Shown: in pieces, positions 38,588-48,875 of the stretch
Position numbering within the stretch: the first letter of the stretch is position 1
Layout: the number at the start of each line of letters is the position of its first letter
Assembly: GCF_000328665.1 (NCBI RefSeq)
Contig: NC_019977.1
Location: 1,426,001-1,490,000 of the forward strand
DNA from: Methanomethylovorans hollandica DSM 15978
GTDB lineage: Archaea; Halobacteriota; Methanosarcinia; Methanosarcinales; Methanosarcinaceae
Direction: 5' to 3'
Length of the DNA: 64,000 bases
Program-made: the position numbers and the translations under genes
The notes under the pieces: generated by a model
The model's input: only the letters and a program-made list of their open reading frames with translations
What the model was told of the DNA's origin: nothing
Database searches by the model: none

Positions 38588-39862
38588 GGCTCTCTTCAAC
38601 ATCGTGTGGGTAATGTCAATTTTCCTGCCATCAGATAGATCATGGTATTCCTGTATTTTTCCGTCTTTAGACCATAAGATCTTTTAAAAGCAGTTTTAAT
38701 TTTATTGTTTATTCCCTCTGCAACTCCATTGTTTATACCATTCTTCATTGCTTCAAGAATTCCCTGCGCATGTTTTTTGATCGCTTTTGACACTGAAATT
38801 ATCTCTGGGATATTGCTATGGGTTCCCCAATAATGCCATTTATCAAGGTATTCCCTTGCTATTGATGTCTCTTTTATTGTCCACAATCTTTGAAGGGCCA
38901 ATCTAAACTGGTATGCCTTAGCAGTTTTTGTATCAAGGTTCTTAATAGATTCCATGATAACGTTTTCTTTCTCTGACAATCTATCAGGATTCTTTAACCA
39001 CATAAACCTGGTATTCTTAAGAACATGGTTTTCTTTTGATTCAGTTCTTCTAACTCTATCAACTGAATCATTCATCATCTTTATCACATGGAACTTATCA
39101 AAAACGATCGTAGCTTTTGGGAAATATTCCCTGGCTCCACTTTTGAATGCAGGATACATATCCATAGATATGTATTGGATCTGTTCGTGATCTACCTTGC
39201 CAGCGATCTCTGTTCTGAATTTTTGGAACACATCCTTTCCTTTTCCATTTTCGATGTGTATGACTCTTGCTTCTTCCATATCATAGAACAAAGTGACGTA
39301 GTTATGGCCCTTTTTAACAGCTATCTCGTCTACTCCGATCGTTTTAATATATGATATATCCCTTTCTTCTTTTGCTTTGTCTACATAATGACTAAGTATT
39401 CTCCACACAGAATCCTCATGAATATGTACAATATCAGCTACAGAAGCTACTGGCATTTCTTTGCACATAGCAACGATCAATGCTTCAAAGAACAAGGTAA
39501 ATCCAGTGTTCTGTCTGGTCCATGGAAGATCGATCAACTTCACACCATGTCCATTACACTTTATTCTGGGAACCTTTGCATGAAGATAGGTTTCGTAATG
39601 GAAGAAATCTAGGTGTCTCCATACTCTTTCTTTTGTATCATGAATAGGGCATAACTCATTACATACAGGACAGAGAAATTTGCTTCCTTTTATAAAATCA
39701 AGGTAAATATCCATCCTTTTCTTAGAAGTATCGAGATTTAGTTCTTTTACAAACCAGGGAGGAATTATTCCCAGAGCAAGTTGAATGAGGTCTTTGTCTT
39801 CCATTAAAAAAGGTTTAGATGAAGTAACATATTAATTTACCCACTCAATGTTGTGGAGATCC
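38588..39862 (-). mobile_element. ISL3-family insertion sequence (1275 bp)
   Basis: Imperfect ~26-bp terminal IRs starting GG; 8-bp TSD TATATAAT at 38580-38587 and 39863-39870. Confidence 0.95.
38596..39804 (-). CDS. ISL3 DDE transposase
   Basis: CPVC zinc finger, WRHLD, GVDE, SMDM, DKFH, AEGINNKIK. Confidence 0.95.
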   Translation of the reverse strand: MEDKDLIQLALGIIPPWFVKELNLDTSKKRMDIYLDFIKGSKFLCPVCNELCPIHDTKERVWRHLDFFHYETYLHAKVPRIKCNGHGVKLIDLPWTRQNTGFTLFFEALIVAMCKEMPVASVADIVHIHEDSVWRILSHYVDKAKEERDISYIKTIGVDEIAVKKGHNYVTLFYDMEEARVIHIENGKGKDVFQKFRTEIAGKVDHEQIQYISMDMYPAFKSGAREYFPKATIVFDKFHVIKMMNDSVDRVRRTESKENHVLKNTRFMWLKNPDRLSEKENVIMESIKNLDTKTAKAYQFRLALQRLWTIKETSIAREYLDKWHYWGTHSNIPEIISVSKAIKKHAQGILEAMKNGINNGVAEGINNKIKTAFKRSYGLKTEKYRNTMIYLMAGKLTLPTRC

Positions 39863-40603
39863 TATATAATTAACAATTGAACTTAGATTACTTTCACGTA
39901 CAGTATTAATTTTATGTTTTATCAATGTTATTTTTGAATGTTCTGGGACCCTTCTACTCAGACCTTCTTTTCTTGTGTCTTTGCAAGGATTGCACATTCC
40001 ACATGGTTTTCCATTTATTGGATAGTGACAAAACCATGTTTCATCCATAATATGCTTAAAACACATCTCACTAGCTTTTTGTTCCATATCCAGTTTTGTC
40101 ATGTATAATACTGGAAAGTTGTAGTACCTAAAAATTTGCAAATAACTATCTTCAGAAACATTATCTAAAATATAAAACACATCATTATCTTCAGTAACTT
40201 TTTTAATATTATTTTTTATAAGGTTAAAAGGCTTTGTATCTTTTTCAATACATAATTCCAATGTCAGATTATTTTTATCTGCAAAACTCCCTAACCAGAC
40301 ATATTGAGAACCTAACTTGAAGGACTTAATTATATTGTTGTACATTTGTTTAATCTCAGGCTTTTCACAAATCTCGGCCTTCAGAACAGTTTCGGTTTTT
40401 AAGATTCTATGATATGCATCCTCATCTAATTGTTTTATAAGAACTTTTATTTTATCCATTGATTTTTGTTCATGTTCAATTGATTTTCTCTCTTCATCAA
40501 TTATATAATATGGTTGTACAACTTTTTTCTTCACAATGACTAAGTCGAGTAACCTATAAGTTGAATCCCAACCTCCAGTCCATAACAAATTATATGTTTT
40601 CAT
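39845..40603 (-). CDS. QueC-like PP-loop ATPase; C-terminus replaced by ISL3 sequence
   Basis: LLWTGGWDST PP-loop; TWFC...PCGMCNPC; the last five residues GSPQH are IS-encoded. Confidence 0.7.
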   Translation of the reverse strand: MKTYNLLWTGGWDSTYRLLDLVIVKKKVVQPYYIIDEERKSIEHEQKSMDKIKVLIKQLDEDAYHRILKTETVLKAEICEKPEIKQMYNNIIKSFKLGSQYVWLGSFADKNNLTLELCIEKDTKPFNLIKNNIKKVTEDNDVFYILDNVSEDSYLQIFRYYNFPVLYMTKLDMEQKASEMCFKHIMDETWFCHYPINGKPCGMCNPCKDTRKEGLSRRVPEHSKITLIKHKINTVRESNLSSIVNYIGSPQH

Positions 40604-41060
40604 ATATATCCCTTTTAATATATTTTAACTTTTAATCTAAAGAAAATTTCGATTAACTTACCTTCCTCGTATTTATTAATAAATATTGCCTCTATTTACT
40701 ATTAAATCTCAACTTCTTGGGATCATAATCTTATGAATTAATGTCTATTTCCATTAAGGATTGTTCCAATTATAGGTTTTGTAAAAATCCCGATTTAAAG
40801 GACAAATATAACCTTGACATACCCCTATCAAAGTAATGAACTACTAGTTTGGAGTTAATTCTTTTACTTGACTATAGTACTTTTCAAAAAAGTTATTTTA
40901 TGATATAATTTCTTCTTAAACTTCTGTGCCATTATCCTGTAGCAGATACCCTTCATTCTATTTGTGTTTTTTTGTCGTAAGTGGTGCTCAGGAGTTAAAT
41001 CCATTTTGAATTATTATGTTAAATAAGATGGACAATAAGATTTCTACATATTGTACATCC

Positions 41061-43037
41061 TCACTTTTTATATGTGGTTATCATTCCATTGGTGTATATT
41101 TGTGAAATATTTAGATTAAAATCAAGATCTTGCTTCGTATTCGGGTTGATTTTTTCTTTTCTAGTAGAACCTACATGATACCTACTATCAGCCATTCTTC
41201 CAAAATTAAATCCAACCGTTTCATCAAATTTATTAAATACGATATATGAATTCGAAGTAATATTTTCAGCGTCTACTAGGATATTACCTCCATCTTCATA
41301 ATATATATAATTAGTTAATGGAACCTGAATTTCAGAAATAAATCCAGGATTTACAACAATGCTTGGACTTGTAGAAACATTAGTATTTGAAATATCTGTA
41401 TTATGGTTCATTTCAATCCATAACAAACTTTTTATTTCATAATCAGTTTCGTATATTTTCCAATAAGGTTGTTCTCCAACAAAGGGACTTGTTTCAAAAC
41501 CTGCAATCGTACTAGATGAAGAGAAAAACTGTAGTATTAAGATTAATAATACAAAAATAGTTTTTTTAGCATTATTGTGACGGTTTATATTTCCAAAAAT
41601 CCAAAATATAGAAGCACTTGCAAGAAATACCAAAGACATTTGTTGCATAAATGCATAAATTCTGTTAGGTAATAAATAATATAAGTTTAAAACGGCTCCA
41701 ACTCCAATTAAACCAAGAAATACAACAAACAAAAGCGAAATAACATTACTAAATAGCGAGCGGTGTCTTATATAATAAAAAAGTCCAATAACAGAAAGGC
41801 AAAGCAGAATTGAACTCCCAATTTCGTTCAAGAATATATTTCCAAGTGGCAATTCATCATAAAATGTAATAGATTTAGAGTATGTAGTTATATCTCCTGT
41901 AAATACTTGGATATATGAATCAACAATATTTACAAAACTTTTAAATATGGATGAATAATACATCCAATGGGTTAAAAGCATTAAAATAAAAATTGTAAAA
42001 ACACCAAAAGATTTAACTTTATATCTTTTAAAATCTGCTTTAAAAAGTAACTCTACTAATAATACAGATGCAATCATAAAAAACATAATAAATGCACTAT
42101 AATGATGTAAAAAAATTATATATGCTGCCATAATAATAGACAAAATAGTTGTATTAACTTTTTTACCACTAATATTTTTTAGGAGCAAAAAGAAAAAAAA
42201 CAGAACTGCTGGGTACATGTATGATAAATGTGAAGGGTGAGATCCCCAATAAATTAAATAGTCACAGCAACAATACAATAAAGCTGACAATAATCCAAAT
42301 CTGGTGTCAACCATCATTCTGCCAATCATAAATATGAGTAGCACGCCTAAAGACATAGTAATTGCACCTAATAAATTATAAATTATTAGCGGAGAGTATG
42401 GTTGAGTAAAATACATTGTGATCGCCACTAATAAATGATGCATTGGAAAACCAGAGTATACATAACCAGTAGGTACTGTTCCAGTTTCAATAATAGGTAA
42501 TATTATATTATATACATGATAAAAATTGTCCGGGTTCCCAATACCTAAGGGGTACAATATTTGATTGCTGATAGATAAATTACAAAACAGCAATACACAT
42601 TTTAAAATTGTTGTTTTGAATGTTTTTTTTGAATTGAGAAAAAAAATGTCTATCGCGATACTAGCTGTACAAATTGAAATAAACAGATAGTACCATACTG
42701 TTTTTGTATAAAACCCATCCAAAAGTGTTAGAAGACTTAGAGAATAGAATATAAAAAATATTATGGAAAATGCATGTTTGTAAGGAGTATATGGATAATT
42801 ATAATTTCCTTCTTTTAATTCGCTATTAGCAAATTGCTGTTTAAATATAATGAAAATAATTAATCCAATTATTGCTGCAAATACTAAAAAAAGATAACTG
42901 ATATAGTTTAGAGAGTATAAAAAGAAAAGTACAAATGTTAATATTAATAAAGACAAATATTCAAATTTACGAAAAAATAATTGAGAGAATTTACTCAGAG
43001 TTTGCAATACTTTTTCTTTAAACATACATATCACCAA
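41061..43037 (-). CDS. Polytopic membrane protein of glycan locus (GT-C/Wzy-like)
   Basis: More than 12 TM helices; D-x-x-Y-H, Y-x-x-FP-x-x-H and H-H-Y-S motifs typical of archaeal glycan-locus membrane proteins. Confidence 0.6.
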   Translation of the reverse strand: MVICMFKEKVLQTLSKFSQLFFRKFEYLSLLILTFVLFFLYSLNYISYLFLVFAAIIGLIIFIIFKQQFANSELKEGNYNYPYTPYKHAFSIIFFIFYSLSLLTLLDGFYTKTVWYYLFISICTASIAIDIFFLNSKKTFKTTILKCVLLFCNLSISNQILYPLGIGNPDNFYHVYNIILPIIETGTVPTGYVYSGFPMHHLLVAITMYFTQPYSPLIIYNLLGAITMSLGVLLIFMIGRMMVDTRFGLLSALLYCCCDYLIYWGSHPSHLSYMYPAVLFFFFLLLKNISGKKVNTTILSIIMAAYIIFLHHYSAFIMFFMIASVLLVELLFKADFKRYKVKSFGVFTIFILMLLTHWMYYSSIFKSFVNIVDSYIQVFTGDITTYSKSITFYDELPLGNIFLNEIGSSILLCLSVIGLFYYIRHRSLFSNVISLLFVVFLGLIGVGAVLNLYYLLPNRIYAFMQQMSLVFLASASIFWIFGNINRHNNAKKTIFVLLILILQFFSSSSTIAGFETSPFVGEQPYWKIYETDYEIKSLLWIEMNHNTDISNTNVSTSPSIVVNPGFISEIQVPLTNYIYYEDGGNILVDAENITSNSYIVFNKFDETVGFNFGRMADSRYHVGSTRKEKINPNTKQDLDFNLNISQIYTNGMITTYKK

Positions 43038-43080
43038 TATCTATAAGACTTATACAATAGCACTTTGTATGTATTCAAAT

Positions 43081-43188
43081 AATTATAATTAAGCACGATG
43101 GTTTGTAACTTATGAATGCTAAAATCGCATTCAATAGATGATGATGTTAATAACATAAGTTTCAAACAAATGGTTAATAACACTATAA
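43081..43188. repeat. ~100-bp direct repeat, right copy
   Basis: Matches 36387-36493. Confidence 0.85.
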
Positions 43189-43436
43189 TTATCAAATACA
43201 CTCATTTATCTATAATAGTGAAACTTTGTGGTTATTATTTAAATCTTTTTTCTGTAAAGCTGATTGATTTATTATTGATTAATAACTATTTTTTGATTGT
43301 ATGCTTGCTATATTCCAACAGAATAATGGATTTTTTAGATTCATCAGCTTTCATGCCTGTTTATTCATCTCATGGAATATTTTTCATATTGGGTAATTCT
43401 TGTCAATAAAATACACTACCATAATATATTTGTACT

Positions 43437-44723
43437 TCAATCGTTCTCTGAACTTATGTTTGAAATAATTGATCTTAACTTTCCAGTCGAACCTCTTTTT
43501 ATTCTATCAGTCAATTTGACCTTGACTAAAACCTCATTTTTGAGGTATTTTTGAGCCTCCAATTTTATTTGCTCTAATTTATCACTTGTTAGATTTTGTG
43601 AAACAACTATATTTATTGACATTTCATCAGGTTTTTCTTGAACAATCTGATATTCCAAAATTTCCTCCGTCTGTTTTATCAACAATGATAAAACTCTTGG
43701 AGATATAAGTTTTCCACTAGGTAGAATTATAAAGTCATCGCATCTCCCTTCTAAGGATTTCATAAGAGGTAGGCTTCTTCCACAAGAGCACATTTCTTCA
43801 GTAGGGATTCCCACATCTCCAACTTCATATCTGATGAGAGGCATAGCATAATTGTAAAGACAAGTGTAAACTATATTCCCACTATCTCCAGCAGAAATAT
43901 TTTCTCCATCTTGAACAAATTCAGTGATCACACTGTCCACATCAAGATGGTAACCACAATGTTCAGAACATTCCCATCCAGTTCTATTTACTTCAATGCA
44001 ACCAAATAAGTCAACTAATTCCACATCAAAGGATGAATTGATCAATTCCCGCGTATTAGAATCAAGCATTTCTGCTGTAGTAAATATATTTTTGGGATTA
44101 ATTTGTTTAAGCGAATTGTTTTCAATATATAATGATATTAGTTTTAATTGAGAAGGATAACCTACTATAGTAGCAGGATCTATTTTTATTAATGTATTAA
44201 CCTGATCTTCAATAGTATCAAAGATGCTTAAAGTTTGCAGGTTAAAAACACCTAGTTTCTGAAACCATGAAGGATTATTTGAAGTTCTTGCATCACCTAT
44301 ATTTACCCATTTATCTCGAACTTTCAATCCATTTTCCATCATCGATCTCAAATTTATTGCTTTACTAAAATCATCAGCTGCAATATCATATACAGCTTTT
44401 AAAGGTTTTCCAGTGGAACCGCTTGTAGGAATTATCTTGCACTTATTCAGGTCCACATTTTTTGCAAGGATTGTTCCAAGACTATGCTCTCTTACCTCTT
44501 GCTTAGTAGTAAAAGGTATTTTTTTCATGTCATCTATTGTTCTAATGTCTTCAGGTCTTATTCCTGCATCTTTGAATTTCCTGTTGTAGAACTCAGTATT
44601 ATAATAAGCATGCTTGACAATGGCTCTGAGCTTTTTATTCTGCAATTCTTTTAGTTCTGATGGTTTAAGCCATTGATTTTTACGAGCCTGATGAAGGAAC
44701 CTGAATTTATTGAGAGATCCCAT
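43437..44723 (-). CDS. Phenylacetate-CoA ligase family / CapK-like adenylate-forming enzyme
   Basis: TSGSTGKP, MPLIRYEVGD, CSCGR, EGRCDD, TGKLR. Confidence 0.9.
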   Translation of the reverse strand: MGSLNKFRFLHQARKNQWLKPSELKELQNKKLRAIVKHAYYNTEFYNRKFKDAGIRPEDIRTIDDMKKIPFTTKQEVREHSLGTILAKNVDLNKCKIIPTSGSTGKPLKAVYDIAADDFSKAINLRSMMENGLKVRDKWVNIGDARTSNNPSWFQKLGVFNLQTLSIFDTIEDQVNTLIKIDPATIVGYPSQLKLISLYIENNSLKQINPKNIFTTAEMLDSNTRELINSSFDVELVDLFGCIEVNRTGWECSEHCGYHLDVDSVITEFVQDGENISAGDSGNIVYTCLYNYAMPLIRYEVGDVGIPTEEMCSCGRSLPLMKSLEGRCDDFIILPSGKLISPRVLSLLIKQTEEILEYQIVQEKPDEMSINIVVSQNLTSDKLEQIKLEAQKYLKNEVLVKVKLTDRIKRGSTGKLRSIISNISSEND

Positions 44724-44735
44724 AATTATTACCCT

Positions 44736-45674
44736 TTAGGCGAACCATTCAACAAATTTTTTTAATCCTTTCTCTATGCTTATTGATGGTTCATATTGAA
44801 TTAGTTTTTGTGCTCTAGACACATCCGAAAGCGTATTTTCAGCATCTCCTTTTTGTGACACGGTATATTCTACTGCTGATTTTGATTCAATTATGTATTT
44901 CAGAGTAATTATTAAATCATTAACACTAATTCGATTCCCGCTTCCTATATTCAAAACCTTACCATCAGTAACTTTACAATTAAGCAATTTAATATTTGCT
45001 TCGACAACATCATCGATATAAGTAAAATCCCTTGTTTGTTCCCCATCTCCATAAACAGTTATTGGCTCATTTGCCAGCATTTTTTTTGTAAATATGGATA
45101 TGGCAAGATCTGGTCTCATTCTGGGTCCATAAACAGTAAAGTAACGTAGAGAAGTAGTTGGCAACCCATAAACTTCATAGAACACACGACAGTAATGTTC
45201 CGCAGCAAGTTTACTGACGCCATAGGGAGATACTGGTTCTGTAGGATGTTTTTCATCAAAAGGCAGGTAGCTCACTTTTCCATAGACTGAAGAAGAAGAA
45301 GCATTTATTACTTTTTTTACGTCTGCTTCAAGAGATGCCTTGAGTACGTTCAGTGTTCCCACTACATTTATATTATTAGGTTTGAATGGATCTTCCACAG
45401 ATATGCGTACTCCTGCCTGAGCAGCCTCGTGATAAACGTAATCCACAGTGCTGTCAATGATCTGCTTCATACTCTCAAGATGTGTAATATCAGCATTTAC
45501 AAAAGTGACATCCCCGCTGTTAAGGGCAATATCCAGGTTCCTCTTTTTTAGTTCAACAGAATAATAGGGGTCAAGGTTATCAACGATTACGATCTCATGA
45601 CCATCTTTAGCTAGTTTTTCTGCAATGTGGGAGCCTATAAAGCCCGCACCACCGGTAACTATTATCTTAGAAAT
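44736..45674 (-). CDS. NAD-dependent sugar epimerase/dehydratase (GalE-like), apparent ATT start
   Basis: The frame extends upstream of the tracked ORF to SKIIVTGGAGFIGSH; SSSSVYG, YGVSK, YFTVYGPR, TRDFTY. Confidence 0.88.
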   Translation of the reverse strand: MSKIIVTGGAGFIGSHIAEKLAKDGHEIVIVDNLDPYYSVELKKRNLDIALNSGDVTFVNADITHLESMKQIIDSTVDYVYHEAAQAGVRISVEDPFKPNNINVVGTLNVLKASLEADVKKVINASSSSVYGKVSYLPFDEKHPTEPVSPYGVSKLAAEHYCRVFYEVYGLPTTSLRYFTVYGPRMRPDLAISIFTKKMLANEPITVYGDGEQTRDFTYIDDVVEANIKLLNCKVTDGKVLNIGSGNRISVNDLIITLKYIIESKSAVEYTVSQKGDAENTLSDVSRAQKLIQYEPSISIEKGLKKFVEWFA

Positions 45675-46777
45675 TATATCAACTCCTCATAAAGTGAAAT
45701 TGTTTTTTTGACGGTATCTAGCCAGGAATATCCATTCAAAACTTGTTGTCGTCCGTGATTCCCCATATTTGCTGCAAGTTGGGGGTCTGACAAGATAGTA
45801 GAAATGCTATCAGCCAGAGATTGTGGATCTTTTGTAGGAACTAAAAAACCACTACCTTCTACAATATCGACCAACTGAGGTAATCTAGAACAAACTATGG
45901 GAACACCACATGACATAGCCTCTAAAATGGTTCGTGGCACGCCTTCTTCAAGGCTTGGCAGTACAAATATGCTTGATTGATGGTATAATTGGACTATTTC
46001 AGAGTTAGGAATAAAATCCTTCAAAATAATACTATTTTCAAGACCATAATTGTGTATTTTTCGAATTATTTTGTCTTTATCTGGACCTGTTCCAACCATT
46101 GTTAAAATTATTTTGGGATAATCAGATTTTAATATGTTCAACGCATCAACTAAATAATCAACACCTTTTCCTTTTACATATCTGCCAATCCAGAGTAATT
46201 TTTGTTGATTCAAAGGTGCATTTTCAGGTGGGATAAATAAATCAGTATCAATACCATTGTGTACAAGAGATATTTTTGTAGAAAATACACCCATTTTTAT
46301 GATTATATCTTTCTCTTCTTGTGTATAGCAAATAATCCTGTCTGCAGATCTAAATATTAATTTTGCGACAGTTGAATTGTATAAGCTTTGAAACCACTTT
46401 GGAGCAGTTTGTGATCTAAGTCCATGATTAGTAATTACTAAAGGTGAAGAACCAATTGTCCTTATGACTGAACACAAAATTGTAGAAAAATATAGGTGTC
46501 CATGTGCATGTATAATATCATAATTATAGCGGTTTTTATACAAACTTTTAAACATCCTTAAATTAATAGGATTGCCTAATAATTTAACAAGGGGTTTAAA
46601 TTGGTACACATTATAATTTGTTGCAGATTCTATTGAAGATTTAGAGCCTAATGAAGTGGTATAAACATCTACAGAATGTCCGAATATAACTTGTCGTTTT
46701 GACATTTCATGAGCATGTATTCCAATACCACCTACAACATAAGGATATAAATCTGAAATAACACGCAATATTTTCAA
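45674..46777 (-). CDS. GT4-family glycosyltransferase
   Basis: DIIHAH, HNGID, KGVDYL, EGVPRTILEAMSCG; GAGGT SD before TTG 46777. Confidence 0.93.
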   Translation of the reverse strand: MKILRVISDLYPYVVGGIGIHAHEMSKRQVIFGHSVDVYTTSLGSKSSIESATNYNVYQFKPLVKLLGNPINLRMFKSLYKNRYNYDIIHAHGHLYFSTILCSVIRTIGSSPLVITNHGLRSQTAPKWFQSLYNSTVAKLIFRSADRIICYTQEEKDIIIKMGVFSTKISLVHNGIDTDLFIPPENAPLNQQKLLWIGRYVKGKGVDYLVDALNILKSDYPKIILTMVGTGPDKDKIIRKIHNYGLENSIILKDFIPNSEIVQLYHQSSIFVLPSLEEGVPRTILEAMSCGVPIVCSRLPQLVDIVEGSGFLVPTKDPQSLADSISTILSDPQLAANMGNHGRQQVLNGYSWLDTVKKTISLYEELI

Positions 46778-46870
46778 AATTAATACCTCGTCTGCTAGAT
46801 GAAATCTTTTTTCAACAGTTTTTTTCAAAAATATTTCTCAGAAAAAATTGATAATTTTTAAGTAATCGGT

Positions 46871-47947
46871 TTAAATAGATTTAATTTCATTTAATCTCTC
46901 AAGGATGAATTTCTCATCTAATCCCACCTGGTTGAGAACTTCCTTAATTTCATCTAAATATACTACATTTTCGGCAGCTAAGCGTTTTAATGCTTCTTCA
47001 CGAGTTATAATGCCTTCTCGAACCATTATGGCATATAAATCGTCTTTTTCAGTCATATTTAGTGTGTTTAAGTACATTAAATCTTTTAAATGACTTACTT
47101 TACAATCAAATCTCCAAGATGAATTTAGGTTTTGAGGATAATCCCATCCTATCTCATTCTTAATTCGTGATAGAACTTCTTGTTCATCCCATGGAATATA
47201 ATAGAACAGATCTATGAACTTTATATCAGATGCAAATAACCGAGGACCGAGTGCATGTGGATCGCCATATAAATAACCTTTAACCATAGTCGGTATGCAT
47301 TTAGGATGATAATAAGCTGGAGTTTTAGCAGTATTTGCCAACACACCATAAAGTATTTTTACAAAAGTAGACTTGTGGTCTTGATCTCGTGATATATTGA
47401 TTAATTCTTTTTTAAAAGACGTGTCTTCATAGGGATTATGACCTACAACAACACATTTAATATCATTCATTTTAGCATATTTTATAATCTCACAGAAAAC
47501 CACTTTACATGAAATACACATCATAGGGATTGTTGCTGGGGATGGATGTTTGAGCCAAACTTTAAAATTATGTTCAAATGTCTTTTCATGTGTATTATTT
47601 TTAGATTCAAATGAAATTAAATCTACACCCAGCTTTTTTACTGCATTATCTATGTTTCTTTTTGCCTGAGGGTCTGTAAATGGATTATAGTAATTTACTG
47701 CCAGAACTCGCATATTGTAATCTTTAACAAGTTTAAGTAAGGCATAAGAACTGTCTCTTCCTCCACTCAATCCTATTATACAATCATATTTTTTGTCTTT
47801 TTGTTTCAGTGCATTAAGCACAGATTTCAATTTTTCTTCGCCTTCATACTTTACCTTTTTATAAGTATGACAATAATTGCAAACTCCATTTTCATCAAAG
47901 GAAATGTTTGGAGTTGTATCAGGAAGAACACATTTTGTACATCTCAT
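46871..47947 (-). CDS. N-acetyl-sugar amidotransferase (WbpG-like PP-loop)
   Basis: MRCTKCVLP...GVCNYC, YDCIIGLSGGRDSS, DC, GIITREEAL. Confidence 0.85.
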   Translation of the reverse strand: MRCTKCVLPDTTPNISFDENGVCNYCHTYKKVKYEGEEKLKSVLNALKQKDKKYDCIIGLSGGRDSSYALLKLVKDYNMRVLAVNYYNPFTDPQAKRNIDNAVKKLGVDLISFESKNNTHEKTFEHNFKVWLKHPSPATIPMMCISCKVVFCEIIKYAKMNDIKCVVVGHNPYEDTSFKKELINISRDQDHKSTFVKILYGVLANTAKTPAYYHPKCIPTMVKGYLYGDPHALGPRLFASDIKFIDLFYYIPWDEQEVLSRIKNEIGWDYPQNLNSSWRFDCKVSHLKDLMYLNTLNMTEKDDLYAIMVREGIITREEALKRLAAENVVYLDEIKEVLNQVGLDEKFILERLNEIKSI

Positions 47948-47978
47948 TATCTAGGCCTCATACTTTAAATCAGGATTT

Positions 47979-48875
47979 TCAATCGCTCTTTTTTATATTT
48001 TGGGCAAATTGTACCATTGAATTTAATATTAGTCCACTGAAGATCCCAAAAACACCCACTAAAATAAATGTCATCGCCAGCAATGCCTTACCAATCCAGA
48101 AGCCGTCACCTGATCTATAACCATATATTGTCCAGAATCCAAAAACCAGTCCTAAGAACATACAAATAAACCCAGGCACCCCGAAATACAGCAGTGGATG
48201 CTTTCTTTCAAACTGGTTCAAAATAGAGCTTAACACCGCTGCTCCATGCCGTAATGGGTTGAACGTGGAACCTTCTACATCATATCTGCATGTGATGGGC
48301 ACTTCCTTGATCCTCAGGCTGGCACTGCTGGCGTCTGCGAGCATCTCGGACTCGATGCCCATGCCGTTGTTGTTAAAAGTGAATGTGTCAAAGGTGTTGC
48401 CGGCAAAGGCACGAAAACCGCTCTGGGAATCGTTGATCTTTGACTCGAAGCTTCCGCCCAGGTTAGTGGCGAAGGTAAGGACTTCCTGGCCTAAACGGCG
48501 GTATTTGGGCACTTGCAGATCGTGGCCTTTAAGGAAACGGGCACCGTTGACCATGTCGGCATCCTTCTGGAGAATGGGTTCTAAAAGCCGGGGAATTTCA
48601 TCGGGATTGTGCTGGCCGTCCCCGTCCAGGGTCACCAGGATATCCACGTTGTTGTCCATGGCCCATTTAAAAGCAGTGCGAAGAGCAGCACCCTTGCCTG
48701 CATTCTTCTCATGGCGCAGTACCGTGGCTCCCATAAGCTCGGCTACTTTATACGTGCAGTCAGCACTGCCATCATCGATGACCAGCACCTCGTCCACGTA
48801 CTGGCGTGTACGGGCGATGACACTGCCTATGCCGATCTCCTCGTTATACGCAGGTATAGCAGCAACAATTGTCAT
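47979..48875 (-). CDS. GT2 glycosyltransferase (dolichol-phosphate sugar synthase-like) with two C-terminal TM helices
   Basis: IPAYNEE, DDGSAD, GKG, DGDGQH, DSQSGFRA. Confidence 0.92.
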   Translation of the reverse strand: MTIVAAIPAYNEEIGIGSVIARTRQYVDEVLVIDDGSADCTYKVAELMGATVLRHEKNAGKGAALRTAFKWAMDNNVDILVTLDGDGQHNPDEIPRLLEPILQKDADMVNGARFLKGHDLQVPKYRRLGQEVLTFATNLGGSFESKINDSQSGFRAFAGNTFDTFTFNNNGMGIESEMLADASSASLRIKEVPITCRYDVEGSTFNPLRHGAAVLSSILNQFERKHPLLYFGVPGFICMFLGLVFGFWTIYGYRSGDGFWIGKALLAMTFILVGVFGIFSGLILNSMVQFAQNIKKSD

